From: Seison nebaliae
Lineage: Eukaryota
DNA: 64,000 nt
Direction of reading: 5' to 3'
NCBI GenBank assembly: GCA_023231475.1
Contig: JALJEE010003013.1
Location: forward strand, 1-64,000
Positions 1 to 14,461 of this stretch are shown in pieces. Under the pieces are notes generated by a model that worked only from the letters and a program-made list of their open reading frames with translations, was not told the origin of the DNA and searched no databases. A program made the translations under genes and the position numbers. The number at the start of each line of letters is the position of its first letter. The stretch's first letter is position 1.

Positions 1-150
1 GTAACAGTTGGCTGATGTCGGATGAAGTGGTCGACGGATGGAAGTTCGTTACCAACACTGAACGGAGAGTAGGCCTGCGCGGAGGAGGTTGCGCGCCGAG
101 AGCGACGCAGTCGGTACGGGTCCCTGTTCGGACGGAAACCATGCTCTTCT
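1..150 (-). mobile_element. Fragment of non-LTR retrotransposon ORF1 (same family as copies at 47.2-48.2 kb and 50.5-51.1 kb); runs off the window edge
   Basis: Minus strand translates ...RTGTRTDCVALGAQPPPRRPTLRSVLVTNFHPSTTSSDISQLL, matching RSGTRTDCTVQGAQLRPP/KPILRSVLVTNFVPSTTMSDVDKLI of the 47.5 kb element; locally higher GC. Confidence 0.8.
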
Positions 151-1989
151 TTTTATGTGTGATGTTGTTAGTCGGTTTCGTGTTGGACGCTACATTCTTA
201 GACGTTATGTTCACATTACACACCAAAAAGACTTTTAGCGGAAAATATATCGGAAAAAAATTCTTATATTTTTACGATCGACAACAACTTTCAAAATTCG
301 CATATTCCATTTAATTGAAAAGAAAAGAATCATTTTGGGAAATAATCTTAATTGCCCCAATATCAAAAAATATTTTTCGTGTGTTTTGAACTTTTTTTTA
401 TTTGATAAGTATATCCAATTTTAATTTTGAGATAGGTTTGGTGGATTATAAACTTCTACAATGCCCTGCTGTTTTATTTCGTTCAACTAATTATTTATTT
501 TTCTTTAAGGAAACTGCCCCCATATGAGTATTGTTGAGCCCCATTAAAGGTTATAAGTTTATCATGATTCTTGAATAAAATAAATATCTTTTTAGTTTCA
601 AAGACGATAAGTGTGTTTTGGTATAGGAAAAGAAAGAATATTTAGGGACTAAAATGTTTAGATTAGGGTTTAGAAAATGTTTAGAATAATTCGCCAGTTA
701 TCGGCTACATTGTCTTTCTCTTCATCCACAGATCGAAGTTAACCTAATCGAAATGGAAAGTTCCATTGAATGAAATAAGTTGTCATCAGTTAAAATTTTC
801 TCATCTGAAATGTTGAGATTTTATGTTACTCGCAAATTCCAATATTTATCATTGTTCACCTTTAAAAAAGTTTCTTGAAAAAAATACAATTTTCGTTTAG
901 TTTGAATACTTTACATGAATAAAAACCACAAATGGACTTCACTAGCATTTTTGATTGTGTTGAAAAGGAAAATAACTCGAATTAAAATTATTATTTCATT
1001 TAAATTGGAGGAAGGTCATATCATCTCATCATCTAACTGATCATCTCTACAACGAGGAATAATACTTTCATTAGGTAAATCTTATGATAAATTGTTAGTT
1101 AACCATCATTAAGGTATTTGCACTAGCAAATTCGTGAATTAGTTGAAACTTTCGAATGATACACATTGTACATAATTTGAAGACATATCATTAAGAGAGA
1201 TTGTGAAGAATCGTCAAAGAATATTTCGCGATAACTTAAATTCATATTTCTTAACTTGCTTTATAAACATCGCTTAGTCTCTAAAGAAGAAAAAATCTCT
1301 TCGATTTGTTGAAATGGAATTAGAGAACAATAACATTTCCCAACTATTACTTAATACACTATTAATTGAATTGCGTAACAGAAACTTTACATAAAACTAT
1401 AATTGAACATTGGAATTTCCATTAATAGAAGTTGGAAAGAAGTGATTATTTTCAATTATTTCTTTTTTGTTCCTCCAAAATTGGTGAATGAGATGTGAAA
1501 TGATTTAAATGAGAGATAATGATGTGAAGTGTGAGATGAAGAAGGGCAGAAATGTGTTGTCTATCATCATAGACGGATGGGAATTATTTGGAGAATCGTA
1601 CTATCGTTTTACCGATGGCGAATGATGAGTGATATGGAAATAAGTAAAAGAAAAGAAAATCAGCTAATAATTAGAAAGTGAATATTGAAGGAGGGAGGAT
1701 GAAAATGAATATTATGTATTTATCAGTAGAAAATTTCAAATTGAACTCTCATGATCAGCTGACACATGGCCTGACAGAAAATGATTATTTGAAGAAAATA
1801 GAGAAGTGTTAAAATACTAGAGAATTTATCAATTTTATTCATATTTTATTATTCTACTTTTTTTTTCATTTTTCTCACGTTACTGGAGAAGACTTATCAT
1901 TACATGTTCGCTGGTAGAAGATAATTATCATTCACACGGGACCATTCACAAAGGAAATTATAACTCAGTACAAATAACTTTAAACTGAA

Positions 1990-3554
1990 ATGTCACAAAT
2001 TAATGGAATCCAGAAAACCGGTACAGGAATCGTTTGTATAGAATTCTACTCGCCTCGACTATTCATCGAGCAGAATGAATTGGAAGTTCATGATCAAGTT
2101 TCAACTGGCAAATATACCATCGGTCTCGGTCAACAACAGATGGCATATTGTACGGATTTGGAGGATGTCAATTCTTTAAGTTTGACGGTAGTTGATCGAT
2201 TGATGAGAAGGAATTCGATAGCTTATAAAGATATCGGTCGATTGGATGTTGGAACGGAAACGATTATCGACAAATCAAAAAGCGTCAAAACGGTTTTGAT
2301 GCAATTGTTTGAGGAGAATGAGAATTTTGATGTTGAAGGTGTCGATCATCTGAACGCATGTTATGGTGGAACGGCGGCATTATTGGATGCGATCAATTGG
2401 TGCGAATCATCATCATGGGATGGACGATACGCATTAGTTATAGCAGCCGATAATGCCATTTATGGGAAAGGAAATGCTAGACCGACTGGTGGTGCTGGTG
2501 CTGTAGCAATGTTAATCGGAAGGAATGCTCCGATAATCGTCGAACCGGTTTGGAGAAGTACTTGCTCAAAACATGCGTACGATTTCTATAAACCTGACAT
2601 GTCTTCCGAATATCCGGTTGTTGATGGTAAATTGACGATCGAATGTTATTTGAGTGCACTCGACTATTGTTACAATAAATGTAAAGAGAAATATCAAATC
2701 GTTAATCCAAACCAATCATTCAATCTGGAAACGTTCGACGCATTCATATTCCATTGTCCATACGCTAAACTCGTTCAAAAATCATTAGCACGACTCTATT
2801 TCAACGACTTCCTTAATGGAAATATCAAAAACATTCATCCTGATCTAATGTCATACAAGTTCATTTCCATTTCATTCATTAAATTTAATCAAATTAAACC
2901 ATCTATTTTCAGAGAAACATCTCTAAAACATACGTATTTCGATAAGACACTAGAGAAGATAGTGATGAACAATTCGAAAGATTTATTCGAAAGGAAAACT
3001 TTGCCAACACTCAAATTATCAAAAACCATCGGAAACATGTACACACCGTCCGTTTATAGCGGCCTCGTATCATATTTATTATCGTTCGTTTCATTTATCA
3101 CGTCAATTCTCTCATTTTAAATTTGTTTAGTAAAAAATTCGTTGGAAATGAAAGAGCATTTCTATTCTCTTACGGTTCTGGTTTCATCGCCACAATGTAC
3201 TCAATAAAAATCGACGAAAATCGGTTGGACAGTCTGGAAGAAATTGTCAAGAATCTTTCTCATGTAACTGATGATCTGGATCATCGAATTAAAACAACAA
3301 CCGAAACGTTCGAACACATTCTCTCTCATCGAGAGAAAAATCACGATCTCAGTTAATTCCTCATCTTTTCCACTCACTTTTCACGTCTTCCTCCAGTTCC
3401 ATATAAACCGGTGGCACCGATCGATATCCTGCGACACAATACGTGGTATTTGACTGATATTGACGAAAAATCGAGAAGGAAATATGAAAGGAAGAGTTAC
3501 AGGACAACCAAAGAGCTTTTAGCAGAGGCTGTGAAAAAACTGACTTTTTCTTAG
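1990..3554 (+). CDS. HMGCS1: Hydroxymethylglutaryl-CoA synthase (cytosolic), 4 exons; introns 2859-2912, 3084-3130, 3352-3396
   Basis: Motifs [28 protein letters not shown], catalytic NACYGGT, FHCPY, GNMYTPS, FSYGSG; spliced C-terminus ...[17 protein letters not shown]...TFS* (stop 3552-3554). Confidence 0.97.
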
Positions 3555-4268
3555 ACGTCATTCCCAGTAATTTCAATCGATCTACCGGAATCTTGAACTT
3601 ATTTATTTATTTATTTTATTTTATTTTCATGATTATTTATTCTGAATATGAGGCCAATTATCATCTTCTACTTTTAACAGTTCTAACATACATTTTATTT
3701 AAATCTCTCTCTCTCTCTCTCTTTATCTTTCTCTCTCTCTCCGCAGACTTTTTATAACATTCCTTCATAGATGTTGGAGGATAGTTTTCTCTTTGTTTGT
3801 GCACTCTTGATGCATTAAATCATAATTCATCTCCATCTAATCATCTTGTACGTCTATTTGACTTCAGTATAATAAACTTAATTTATTCATTCATAACTTA
3901 CGGTGAATTTTATGGTCGTTATCATCGAACCATTTTTACTAATTCGGTAATCGTTTTTCGAACGACAACAATTTTATATGGCCAGTTCTTTGACATCTCA
4001 AAATATTTTCTTATATTATCCGATTAAGTTTTATTCGCTCAGAATTTTGAATTTGAGAAAAAAAAATTCAAAAATATTTTCTACATTTTATTTTTATTTC
4101 ATCCAATCGTTTTCTTTGACGGTGTTATTAATCGTAAATATTTTTCTAGAAAATTTTCGGATTATTTATCTCTCCTATTTTTTTTTTTGGATTATGATAA
4201 TTTATTTTAAATAAAACTTATGAAAACATTAGAATGCGAATGGAAATGATTATTGGGAGAAAAGTCGA

Positions 4269-5206
4269 TTAATCGTAATCGACTTTCGGTAATTTTTTAA
4301 CAGTCGCCTCTTTCCGAATTGGACCTTTACTCGTATCAATAATTCGTTGATTCATCGGAATGTTGTTCGGTTGGAAATCGTCATGACTTTGTATGGAGGA
4401 GTTGAGGAATGTGGAACTTGATTGAATGGTTGGACGATGACGGTATGTCATATCATCATTCCTATAAGTGTTTAAATTGGAAGTCGATTGACTTAAATTC
4501 TCAAATTTGTTCAGTTGGGACGAGTAAGTATAATTTGTGTTTGTCACATCTCCTTGATAATTATTGTTGTGATTGTTCAGTGATTGCGTCTGATAAGTTA
4601 AAGTTTGTTGTGTTTTCTTATTATCGATATTGATTGTGGATTTGATGGCAGCAATTTCCGCCAAATACATTTTCCTTTCCTCATTCGTCTTGTGATAGGC
4701 CTTGAAGGAAAATTTGAAATTTATAAATTTTTTTAGAATAATCTCCCAACTTTACTTTCTTGTTCTAATCTCCATTCGTAATCTCTCAATTGTTCGACGA
4801 TGTAATTCTTCTCGGCGATAATACTATCAACATCGGAACTGATGTCGGAGACATGATCGAACGAATTCGTTAATGCATTCTCTTCTCTCGCTTCTTTCGT
4901 TCGTTGTTTCACTTTCTCGATATTTGGCGTGAGATCGCGTATCTGTCGATCGAGATAATTATTCCATTCAATCTGATTCTCATATCTTGTCTTCCATTCA
5001 TTCACATCATCATTATTCGAATTCAATTTCACTTCAATCTCATTAATTAACTCTTTCAAATCATTATTCACTTCTTCCTGTTTACGTCTACAATTTCCAT
5101 GAAATGGAGATCGGTTGAAGAAATGGAAAACAAACCGTTCCTCTCGACCTCTTGTTATTTCGCTCTTTAATTGATCTATATCCGCTCCCAATACATCCAC
5201 TAACAT
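4269..5206 (-). CDS. CCDC169: Coiled-coil domain-containing protein 169-like, 3 exons
   Basis: EWKTRYENQIEWN and the spliced junction QLRDYEWRLEQESK|AYHKTNEERKMYLAEI match recalled CCDC169 motifs; introns ~5135-5088 and ~4750-4701. Confidence 0.8.
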
Positions 5207-5403
5207 TTCGGTGAAATAGAAATTTTTAATTAAATAATCTTATCATTCTTTTTTGTGTTGGACCGTTTCTTATTCGTTTCTAAGTAATCGGATATGTCTA
5301 ATTAATATTGTCTTCGACTTATCACAAATAATAATGGAAAGTCAAACGTTCGAAGGCGAATAAACGAGTTGTCGAACGAATCTCACTCTTATTTGTTATT
5401 CAT

Positions 5404-5417
5404 GTTGTCATGACAAC
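5404..5417. promoter_or_regulatory. RFX X-box (ciliary gene promoter element) ~200 bp upstream of CCDC169
   Basis: Perfect palindrome GTTGTCATGACAAC fits the X-box consensus GTHNYY-AT-RRNAAC, at a typical promoter distance. Confidence 0.65.
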
Positions 5418-5869
5418 GAATGAATAATATTTATTTAGTATAACTTCTCTCTCAATAATTCCTTTCATTCTCTTTCTCCCATTCTTACCACTTAACAGAA
5501 GCGAGACAATAACTTCTGAATATAACAAGTTCTCATTAATCAATTTTTTCTTTTAATCATTATTATCCTTCACCTTCTCAATAATAATTCCATCTAATGG
5601 AACCGATTTCTGGAAAATTTTTTTTTCCAAAAATTAATTAGAAAAGATCATTAAAAATTTAACAAATTAATTTTTATATTTAAATTATATAAAACTGAAA
5701 ATGAAAGTAATGTGAATAATTGATGAGAAATTAATGAATTTTTTTTTATATAATTTAAGAAAATTCTGAAATTACAAAAATTTCTCATTTGAACGAATGT
5801 GATTTTCTTTCAGAATTTTCTCATTTATAAAAGTTTCAATTTTCCTTCAAACGTGTGTATCCATTTATT

Positions 5870-7982
5870 TTATTGAAGTAGTTTCTGATACCAGATTTGT
5901 TCACGTGAATGAAATGTCTGATATCCATTTCTCCTCAACATCATTTGCATATCCACACCAAAATCGTTGTATCGTTTCATGAATGGTAAGTAGACATCAT
6001 TGATTAATATCTTCTTATTTAGAATTTTATTCATCGATGGATGTTGAAAGAGAATTTCTGCCGTTTTCCAATAAGATTTATTCTCATTATTCTCGATACT
6101 GGACAAGAGAGCTTTACCAATCCAAATTTTGAATTCGTAATCCACTTCACTGTCGACGATTAACGATTGAATATATTTAGCGAACGGTAAATATTTCAAT
6201 AACAATTTAATAAATTGATCGATAGCGAGACGTTGAATCGTCTTCTCACAAATGAGAGTTGCTGGGAAGATTTTTGTTGAGCTTATATGTTTGAGAATAT
6301 TTATAAAAAATCGGACGACTCTCAAACCATCATCATGATTATCATCATCATCACCTTGACCGATTCTCGCTGTTTCGTCATCATCTGATTCATCGATATC
6401 GACTAATTTCTCCAAAATCATTTGAATCAATTGAGAGAAATGATTGGCAATCGTTCCATTATACTCCATCGTTAATTTCTGCTCCCATTTCAATTGGACT
6501 CGTGCCACATTTTCCAGGAAGTTGAATAAAGGAAATTTCTCTTTCTTCTTAACATTCACCATCAAATAATGGAAGAGATTGAGAAGCGGCTTGTCAATAT
6601 TCACATTCAACTTATTGGAAATTCCTTCCATCATTTCCAAAGAGAAAAATTCCAGAACCGTTTGATAATTCTTCGGCGATTTCAAATGATTTAACAACTC
6701 GCAAAAAACGAATTGAGATGATCCATTGAAGAGAAGTGCGAAAAAAAAGGGGATATTTATCCGTCCTTCTTCATCGATCCGTAAATGCGTCTTGTTTACC
6801 ATTTCCTGGTTGGTGAGGAGAAGTTGGCGGAAATATTCGATTCCTTCCATATCATCCAATTTAATGTAAACGGTTTTATTGAAGAACAATTCATTCTGTT
6901 CCAACAAATTCTTCCATACCACATTAGTGGAATATTTGAAGAATGATTCGATAGCGAACGAGCGTTGTCTCTCAGAACAAATCTCATAAAACTCTTTGGA
7001 ATTACTGAAAAAAAGTTTGATTTAAAGTTGATATATAAATTTGATTTGAATGAAATTTCAATTAAATTTGAAGAGTAAAATGAGACTTGTTCATTTGATT
7101 CTCAACATATTCGACGACATTCTCCCAGAATTGTTGTTTGAGTAGATCCGATTTCAATTTTCCATGACGATCATCATTAACGTCTAATACTTGTGCCATC
7201 GTTACGATAATTGGAGAGTTGTTTTTCATTAATTGTTCTTGATAAATGAAACATTAAAAATATTAATGGATTGATAATTCATAGTCCTAACCGATAGTCA
7301 CTTTATCAATGATTTCACGAATTAAACGATCACCAAATGTTTGAATTGGAAATCCATGTTTGGTGAACATGTTGTCGTTGACATTCTCCTCTTTAATCTC
7401 ATTCGAATTCTTTTGTTTATATGTTCGAACACGTTCAATGTTGAATTTCCTTCCGAACAACAACATCGTTTTCAATAATTGTTCTGTATTACTCTCTCGT
7501 AACATTTTCACAATATGTTCACACATCTCCATGAAGAGATCATCAAGAACTTCGTATAAATGATTGAAACAGGTTTGCAATTTCTCTGGTATCTCTTGTT
7601 CGTTGTCGGCGTGGAAAGCGGCTTTTCTTTTCCGACTTTTCGATCGAGTCATTTCGATTTTGATGTTCTGATAAGTCATTCGACTCAACACCTTCGCTAT
7701 TCGTTGTAACCATCGTTCGATGATTTGGGGAAGAACTACAGGAATGTTCTCCGTTTGGAAGATGTAGCGAGATGTATACGAAGCAAATTTCGTCAAATCT
7801 TCAATATTCAAAATTTCGATAATATCACCGATAATAAACGAGTTCTTGAAGGAGATATATGTGGAGAATTCGTTCGTCACATTTAACAGAACATTCTCTA
7901 CGAACAACTCTTTCTCCGTCTCGTTCACAAATCCCGTCCGTAATGTCGTCCCAACCATATCCAAATAATGGTTGTTCTCCAT
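5870..7982 (-). CDS. NOP9: Nucleolar protein 9-like (divergent Pumilio-repeat protein), at least 3 exons
   Basis: N-terminus YLDMVGTTLRTGFVNETEKELFVENVL resembles the NOP9 N-terminus; later SPIIVTMAQVL and EICSERQRSFAIESFF resemble NOP9 Puf-like repeats; helical composition; two GT-AG introns (~7291-7239, ~7086-6995) join the ORFs. Confidence 0.6.
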
Positions 7983-8341
7983 AATTTTCCACTAACTAAC
8001 ACGCACTCACACACACACACTTTTTTGTGTTTAACACAAAAACACAGAATAACACACAAAAATTGAGTTTTACAGAAAAGGAAATGAGGAAAAATTTGTT
8101 CGGCACAAAAAATTCAGTTAGAGTAAAACAATTCCAATTCTTTTTCTTCAACGATCACATTGTTCCATTTTCAAAATTGAGAAATATGACAAACTTTCGA
8201 AGTGGTTGAAGGGCGATCGAATACCTTTTCGAACTTTTCAAATATTTGGCATCATATTTTCAACATTTTCAATTTCTCTTCTTTTTCTCTAAATTTCATT
8301 TCTACTTTTTTCACAACATAACTTTTTTCTTTCATTCTACA

Positions 8342-9212
8342 ATGACTCATGGAGGATTATTGGATGATTGTCACAAATATTTTAAAGAAAGAGATTTATA
8401 TAAATTATTCGATTGTAAGAGAAATTGTAATGGTCAAGAGATCAGAAGATGTTATTATCGATTGGCATTGAAATATCATCCGGATAAAGTGGATGATTGT
8501 TTAGCAAATGCAAACGAGAAATTTCAAACGATTTCTAAATGTTATGACATTCTCTCCAATGATGAAACTCGGAAACATTATGATGAGACTGGGAAAATTT
8601 TAAATGACGATGATCTCTCAACTCTAACGATTAGTGAGATTTTAAAGCAACGATTCAATACTTTCAAACATTTCGATTTGGCTGATTTGGAGAAATTTGA
8701 AATCGAATATAAAAGTTCTATATAATCCATCATTTTCCCTTTTTAATGAATTGCTGTTGGAAAAGATACGAAAGATGAAATGGAAGATCTCTTGTCGAAC
8801 TATGAGAAATGTAAAGGCAATCCTGATTTATTTCTTCTCCATATGCCCTATTCTACGCCATTGGAATTCCAACGATATTATCATCTCATTCAACCATATG
8901 TCGATAAGGAGGAAATTAAAAATTATCGAAAATTCTTTTTAGATTCAATTCAATTGGAGAAATTCATTAAAAAAGTTCTAAAAAATTTTTTTTCATTTCA
9001 CCAATTTCCCTTTTTTTTTGTAGTGGGAGAAACGTGAGAAAAAGAATGAGAAAATATTTGAAGATTTCATTGGAAAAGAGATTCGTAATAATGAACATAA
9101 TGAAAATACGTCTCTCTATTCGGCAATTCGGAAACGTGGATGTGATCGGATGACGGATTTGGTGAATTCACTAGAATCGAAATATGCTACGAAAAGTAGA
9201 AAGAGGAAATGA
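8342..9212 (+). CDS. DNAJC9: DnaJ homolog subfamily C member 9, 3 exons
   Basis: J-domain with YYRLALKYHPDK and KFQTISKCYDILS; FEIEYK|NTKDEMEDL; C-terminal DLVNSLESKYATK. Likely start is ATG 8342, not the TTG of the ORF track. Confidence 0.9.
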
Positions 9213-9262
9213 TTTATTTCATCAACTTTCTTTTTCTTTATGTAAATTAAATATTATTCAAT

Positions 9263-12200
9263 TTATTCTTCACATTTCCTCTTGTGTTCATTCAATCGTT
9301 TCTTAGCCAAATCCTGTTTCACTTTCAATCCTTCATTTATCGGATATTTCGGTAGAAGTTTAATGATATCCTTCGTCTTACTTACTTTCTTCAATTTGTT
9401 CTGAGAGGTCTGATTCATTTTGTAGACATTATAATATTTCGGTAATCCAATCACATTCAGTCGTTCTTCATCCAAATTATTCTCATTATCACATTCTTCA
9501 CTATTCGGATTCATATTACGAAATATCAATTTCATATCACTAATATCCTTTCTTAATGACGCCATCTCTTCAATCAATATCTGTCTCTTTCTAGCTGATT
9601 CACTAAGGACAAATGAGAATTTGTTCGAAAATAAAATTCCAACATGAATTTACGAAGATCAGCTCGAAGATTCGCCCAAATCAAATTATATTTCTCCAAT
9701 AATCCGTTGAGGAGGAATGTGTCGAAATATGCTCGATCTAATTCGTCGTTAATTTTCCCGTAGAACAATTGTGGGAATTTCGTATAATGTTCGATGGCTT
9801 TTGCTGGACCGTCAATCTTTCGATTCACATCCGAAATTTTCTTCCTATATAAAATGTTTTTTTTAAATTTTTCTCGTTTTCAAATGGAAAAAAAAAGTAA
9901 TTAACTTCTGAAATCGAGCTGTGCAATCCATATATCGAAGGAAGGCGGTTACTCCTACGGCGATTTCATGTGGCGTATTTAATCGCCATTTTTCATCCTT
10001 CACATTCATCAGTAGTTGATTCGAATAATTGTTGTTATATGATTGAGTGGTGGCACTTTTGAAGAGACTGTTCCTATTTTCGATCGAATGAACTTGAGAG
10101 GCATCATGAAGATTGTTGAGACTTCTGTATTTCCTTAATGATTCGTCGACGGAATACTTCAAAATTTTCGAAGCTTTCTCATCGGCATTATATAAACTGA
10201 TTTCCGAAGTTGCTAATTTGGTGAGTGCATAAATCGGACTTAAACGACCAGGACCGGTTGTTGGACGATTTGATGGTCTCTTATTAAGTGTGGTGTATGA
10301 AGTGATATCTCGCGGTATATCGTCATTGGAGATTAGGAAAGAACAAAATATTTTCAATTTTTGTTTCGTGTCGATATTAAACACTAAAAATTGATGAGTT
10401 TTCCGTAATAACGGTAAAATGTAATAAAATATAATATAATAAAATGTAAATTAAAATAAAACTCTTAAAAATAGAATGTAATCGAAGAAGTTTCCGTTCA
10501 TGTTTCAAATATTGATTGGTAATCAAACGACAATGTTGATCGACTACGAACGCCTAAAAAGGGAATGGAAATTATTTGCGACAACTCAAAAAAAAATAGA
10601 AAGAGAACCATCGAATTTTCAACGTGGTTCAAAATGTAAAAGTAAACGGAACTATCCGAATTATTCAAATATTTTCTCGCATATTCCGCTTTCGTCAACA
10701 ATTTCGACAATTCTTCATTATCCATACAATCGACGAACAGATGTACTGGCACCGGCTCCTCCATCTTATTCCCGATTTTGACTGACGAATCCTGAAAAAT
10801 GAATTTTTGATTTTTCATCATATATTTCGATTGTGATTTGCTTCGAGTGAGTAACATCGTGGTTGGATGGGAGGATTTCGTGGAAACGGTTTCAACTGTC
10901 GAATAAGTGGTGGAAGCTTCCTGTCTGAAAATAATGGAAAATAATGAACGAATTGAACATGAATTATTTATCGATTAACGTTGTCGTTTTCAATTCGTGT
11001 TCAGAGATATAAGTAACTAGATGAATAATTTGTCTGAATAAAACTTCACATTCCTCCGTTTTCAATTGGAAAAGATCGAGATAATTTTTCCGATTACCAA
11101 ACGATAAATTTCTGAAGAATTCAACATTATTCATTAGAGACGAACATTTGGAGATAATTCGAACGTTAATCGATATGCCAATCGTTGTAAGAGATCGGTC
11201 GCCACGAGATATTTGCGACGAGAGACCTGCATTTCTTTCGTCAAATCCTGATTTTCCTTTTGGTTGAGATTCTGAATAATTTTCAGTTTCTGCTCAAAAT
11301 GAGCAATGCGACGACGTTGATTCGATATAATGAGATTATTCTCCACCGTTTTTTGACGAGCGATCTGGAAATTATATTCGATTTGTTCCTGATTGATCGT
11401 GTAGACGGCTTTCATTTGTTGGAGGTTGTTTGTCAAATTCTACAAAATTAATTTTATCCAATCCTTAATCGAATGATATAACGTCGATTTGACTGAAATA
11501 ATTACTACGCAATTCGGAATAGACTTCCGATTCACGTTCTAATAACAATCCTTCTTCATTATCCGCTTGTCCAGCGATCTTTATTCGATTCGCTTCAATC
11601 GCCGACTATAAACAATGTCGATATCAATTTAATGAAGATTTTAAGAGAAGAAACTTCTTTCAACATTCGTGAACCGATTTGTTCATAAAACGATTTTTTA
11701 TATTGATCAATTAATTGTGTCAATTCACTGTCACTAAATTAATTATTAGACTTAATAAAAAGAGTGAAAAATGGAGGTGATTAACATGATTGTTGAATAG
11801 AGCTCCACTTCTTTAAACACCTTATCTCTACTATCGTGCTTCATCTCTTTAATTCGCTTCATTACCACACTAATATCTCTCATGTTATATTTGAGTGTAC
11901 AAAGGAATTCTTTATATCGTCTCTCATGAATCTATAAAAATTCCATGAAACCGTTTCCTTCCACAGATGATGGAAAGAAAGAAAGAACGAACAGATATCA
12001 AATGATTAATTAACACGTCTTTCTCATCAATTAATTCTTGCATTTTCTCCTGATCGATATCTCTAAACTAATTTTTTTATGATTGTATAATAAATGATTA
12101 TATAATTATAATTTATAAAAAGTGAAAAAACGTCGAAAGTCTTCGATTTCTCCTTATCTTTCTCTAACATCACATCTAAAATTTCCATTTCCTTCTCTAC

Positions 12201-12598
12201 CATTAACTGACGATGCATTTCACGACAAACCATCGCTTTCCTTCTCAGACGGTAGAATGAGATGAAATGAAATCAAATCAAATCAACTTTGTTCGTTGAC
12301 ATATGTTAGTCGATTTTAATAAATTCTCATTAATTCTCCTAAATGATTCAATTTGCTGATAATAAGCGTTTAGTCGTAACGATTCCGATTTATCTCTTGG
12401 ATCAGGTATGACGGTGGGACGATATAAGGCATCCAATCTTGAAAATTTTAATTTTATTCCATTTCAAAAAGAAAGGCACTTGGGCATCCGTTTGTCACGG
12501 ATTCGTTCTCGGCGTAGCTGGATACGTGTCTCCATATCGGGAGTCGGTGATTCCTCCTTCTTCACTGGATCCGTATTGAGGGACGATCGATTGTACAT
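9263..12598 (-). CDS. DRC1: Dynein regulatory complex protein 1 (CCDC164), ~14 exons
   Basis: N-terminal ETRIQLRRERI; central LQQMKAVYTINQEQIEYNFQIARQKTVEN...QRRRI (DRC1 hallmark); LRLHSIFKMFNI; C-terminal LLEKYNLI...IEEMASLRKDISDMK. 13 frame-preserving GT-AG introns join the short ORFs. Confidence 0.85.
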
Positions 12599-13824
12599 TC
12601 TTTCCAATCGAGTTATTAGCGCAAACTTTTTTTTCAAAAGTATTGGAACAATAAACGAATTATTTTTAATTTTAAATGTTAAGAAAGAAAAGATGGACCT
12701 AATATCTTATTTTCATCAATTTACCGCTCAAACGGAAAATTGGGAGGAGAATAAAATAAGTAGTGGAAATTCATTCCCAACATGAAGATTTCAAATGGAA
12801 AAATGCTTTTCAGATTAAATTCAGAATTAAAATGAAGCAAATATTATATTGGAATTGAGAGTGAGAAGGGAAAATAATTTCTTTTTCCGCTGAATAAACT
12901 TCTCTGATGGATTAGTAAAAAGAGAAGATATGGAGAAGAAATAAAATGTAAGATGAAGCAGAATAAATTTTAATGTGAGAAACGAAGAAATTGAATGATA
13001 ATTCCATTTAATTATAATTTTCCAACTTCACTCCACAAAATAACACCGAATAAAACTGTGTTTGTGTGTGTATTTGTGTGTGAGTGTGAGTGGACATGAT
13101 TTATGGCCATATGTGTTGTGTGATGTATTTCTCTTGTCGTTTTCATGTTCATCACCAACGGGAAATGTTCGGGGACAATTGAGAGATACTTTAAATAAAA
13201 AGGAAAGATGTGCAATGATGACAAGTGTAGAGGAACTTGATCAAAATAAATTAAATGTAAGATAATAAATAATTAGGAAAAAGAATTACATATAAATAAA
13301 GATTTGATGATGATGATGATGATGATGATATTTGAGTTGGAGATAAAATTGTTATCTGGTTAATGTTTATATAGGAGGAAATAGTGAAGATAGGCGATGT
13401 CTGTCGAGAGAGGTTCAGGGAAGAAATCAGCCACATAAATAAAATTTCATGCTCCTTAATAAGTTAAATGGAATAAATATACGTGGTGAGAATGTGAAGG
13501 AGAGAGAGAGTAGGACATTTGGATGATCTGATGAAGAATAACGAGGAGATGTGACGGGAATGATGGAAATGTCGACGAGTTGTTCGTCTCTTCTCTTCCT
13601 ACGATGTCGTTTTCACAATTATTAACGTCTGATGATTTTCTTTTGTAAAACGAGAGAAATGTTGAAAATATGACGATGATAAAGATATGATATTGATAGA
13701 GAAGAATACGGCGATGATGGAGAGGAGATAAATGGGTAGAAATAAATAAGATCCGTAGGAATATGATTTTGAAAAATTTAATAATATATCGTCATTTCAG
13801 ATATCGAATAAATAATTTAAGAAT

Positions 13825-14165
13825 TTACATCTGATTATTGTCCGAGTTAAATTGTTGTCGTTGACGAACAGTATTAACATTATACATGTCATTGCCTGTC
13901 ATCTTCATATTCATCTTCCCGTTGAACATGGTCGGTTGCTGATATTGATTGTTGTTGTTCGCTATCATCATCGATGGATTGAGTTGTTGATTATCCACTT
14001 TACGATATGTATCGGCTGTCATTGATTGTTGGTGGAGATGTTGTGCATTCATCATACTGCTGTTGAACGATTGTGGCATATTATTCATGGAATTGGATGG
14101 ATGATTGCCATTATATAACATCCGATTACCATTTCCCATTTTATTCTGTCGTGATTGATTATTCA

Positions 14166-14217
<52 letters not shown>

Positions 14218-14304
14218 TTGAATATGATTATTATTCATCGATCCTTGTTGTTGTTGTTGTTGTGTTTGTTGTGACATAATATTATGATTATTTGATGATT
14301 GTGA

Positions 14305-14343
<39 letters not shown>

Positions 14344-14428
14344 CATTGGATAATACATTTCAGTTGGACGAATCTGATTTCTACCAGATGGAATCATCTG
14401 ATTTGGCATCATACTATTATTTCCCAAC

Positions 14429-14461
<33 letters not shown>

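Noticed and set aside
640..685. TTTAGGG/TTAGGG-like words
   Set aside because: Only two scattered units; no telomeric array
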